From NCBI GenBank assembly GCA_031552425.1, contig JAVBMM010000085.1, forward strand, positions 1 to 47,943: a DNA stretch of 47,943 bases, read 5' to 3'. How positions within the stretch are numbered: position 1 is the first letter of the stretch; every line of letters begins with the position of its first letter. This DNA comes from Bacteroidales bacterium. GTDB taxonomy: Bacteria; Bacteroidota; Bacteroidia; Bacteroidales; Azobacteroidaceae. The position numbers and the translations under genes are program-made. This document shows, piece after piece, positions 47,259-47,943 of this stretch. Below the pieces are notes generated by a model. It was not told where the DNA came from. It saw only the letters and a program-made list of their open reading frames with translations, and did not search any database.

Positions 47259-47943
47259 ATGTCCTGTAATAAAGTTCCTTTCAAAATTTTTTCGGGAACC
47301 AATTCCCGGTATTTGGCAGAAAAAATCTGTAATAGTCTCGATTGTGAATTAGGAAGCATGAAAATTGAATATTTTGCTGATGGTGAGTTTTCAGTTTCCT
47401 ATGAGGAATCTATTCGGGGAAGCCATGTGTTTTTAGTTCAATCTACTTTTCCTAATTCAGATAACCTGATGGAATTATTGTTGATGATTGATGCTGCAAA
47501 ACGGGCATCTGCTAAGTCCATAGTGGCTGTTGTTCCCTATTTTGGTTGGGCACGTCAAGACAGAAAAGATAAACCTCGTGTGTCTATCGGAGCTAAATTA
47601 ATTGCAGATTTATTGGCTGTTGCAGGAATCAATCGTTTAATTACTATGGATTTACATGCGGATCAGATACAAGGATTTTTTAATGTTCCGGTAGATCATT
47701 TGTATGCATCTTCTATTTTCTTAGATTATATCAAATCATTGAATCTTCCTAATCTGGTTATTGCTACTCCTGATGTAGGAGGAACCAAGCGAGCCAGTAC
47801 ATATTCAAAATATTTGAATGTTCCGATGGTGATATGTTATAAGCTCCGTAAAAAAGCCAATGAAGTTTCCGAAATGAAAGTAATCGGGGATGTAGAAGGT
47901 ATGGATATTTTATTGTTGGATGATATGGTTGATACGGCAGGAA
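47259..47943 (+). CDS. prs: Ribose-phosphate pyrophosphokinase (PRPP synthetase), N-terminal part. It runs off the window end.
   Basis: Not in the ORF track because it has no stop in the window. My hand translation from the ATG at 47259 reads MSCNKVPFKIFSGTNSRYLAEKICNSL...FADGEFSVSYEESIRGSHVFLVQST...VVPYFGWARQDRKDKPR...DLHADQIQGFF..., which are canonical Prs motifs. Confidence 0.9.
   Translation, partial: MSCNKVPFKIFSGTNSRYLAEKICNSLDCELGSMKIEYFADGEFSVSYEESIRGSHVFLVQSTFPNSDNLMELLLMIDAAKRASAKSIVAVVPYFGWARQDRKDKPRVSIGAKLIADLLAVAGINRLITMDLHADQIQGFFNVPVDHLYASSIFLDYIKSLNLPNLVIATPDVGGTKRASTYSKYLNVPMVICYKLRKKANEVSEMKVIGDVEGMDILLLDDMVDTAG

Noticed and set aside
1-47943. A search for tRNA, rRNA, tmRNA, RNase P, CRISPR repeats, integrases and transposases.
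   Set aside because: By eye, none of the intergenic regions contained a cloverleaf-type sequence, a conserved RNase P or tmRNA box, or regularly spaced direct repeats. No ORF showed recombinase or transposase motifs.

Overview
This is an AT-rich, densely coding chromosomal segment with about 37 protein genes on both strands. It looks like a Bacteroidales/Bacteroidota genome: exact TAnnTTTG -7 promoter boxes sit in front of many genes, and it carries a DUF4290 gene, a GldE-like CNNM/CBS protein, a DUF4105/Lnb-type protein and an archaeal-type alpha-glucan gene trio. The content is overwhelmingly housekeeping:
- Central metabolism: icd 3-prime end, citrate synthase, dCMP deaminase, pdxA, gmk, nadD, prs 5-prime part.
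- Transport and energy: a YidE/YbjL-type transporter and a membrane pyrophosphatase.
- Peptidases: S41 peptidase, M3 Dcp, rhomboid.
- Alpha-glucan genes: GDE-like/GT4/GH57, plus a distal GH13 coupled to a patatin-like lipase.
- Envelope and secretion: SecA, coaX-OMP-lptC-CNNM-ppiD, an lptF/G-family permease, murA.
- RNA and translation related: rlmN, yicC, tsaB, rimM, tgt, a Zn-ribbon SAM methyltransferase.

I saw no rRNA, tRNA, CRISPR array, transposase, integrase or recognisable defence genes, and I do not see a clear-cut novel system. The best candidates for undescribed biology are:
1. A translationally coupled exosortase-like / DUF4105 (Lnb-type) / NPP-phosphodiesterase trio directly upstream of secA.
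2. An orphan, divergent KamA-family radical SAM enzyme with a long leader.
3. A 1006-aa secreted protein (CBM32, clan GH-A-like barrel, CBM32, beta-sandwich) with no Sus partners.
4. A 640-bp non-coding island (41688-42333) bounded by hairpins. It contains a 17-bp inverted repeat with a third half-site, a 58-aa ORF below the ORF-track cutoff, and a possible antisense sRNA.
5. An uncharacterised beta-barrel gene overlapping both coaX and lptC.

All functional calls rest on motif and family recognition by eye. No searches were run.
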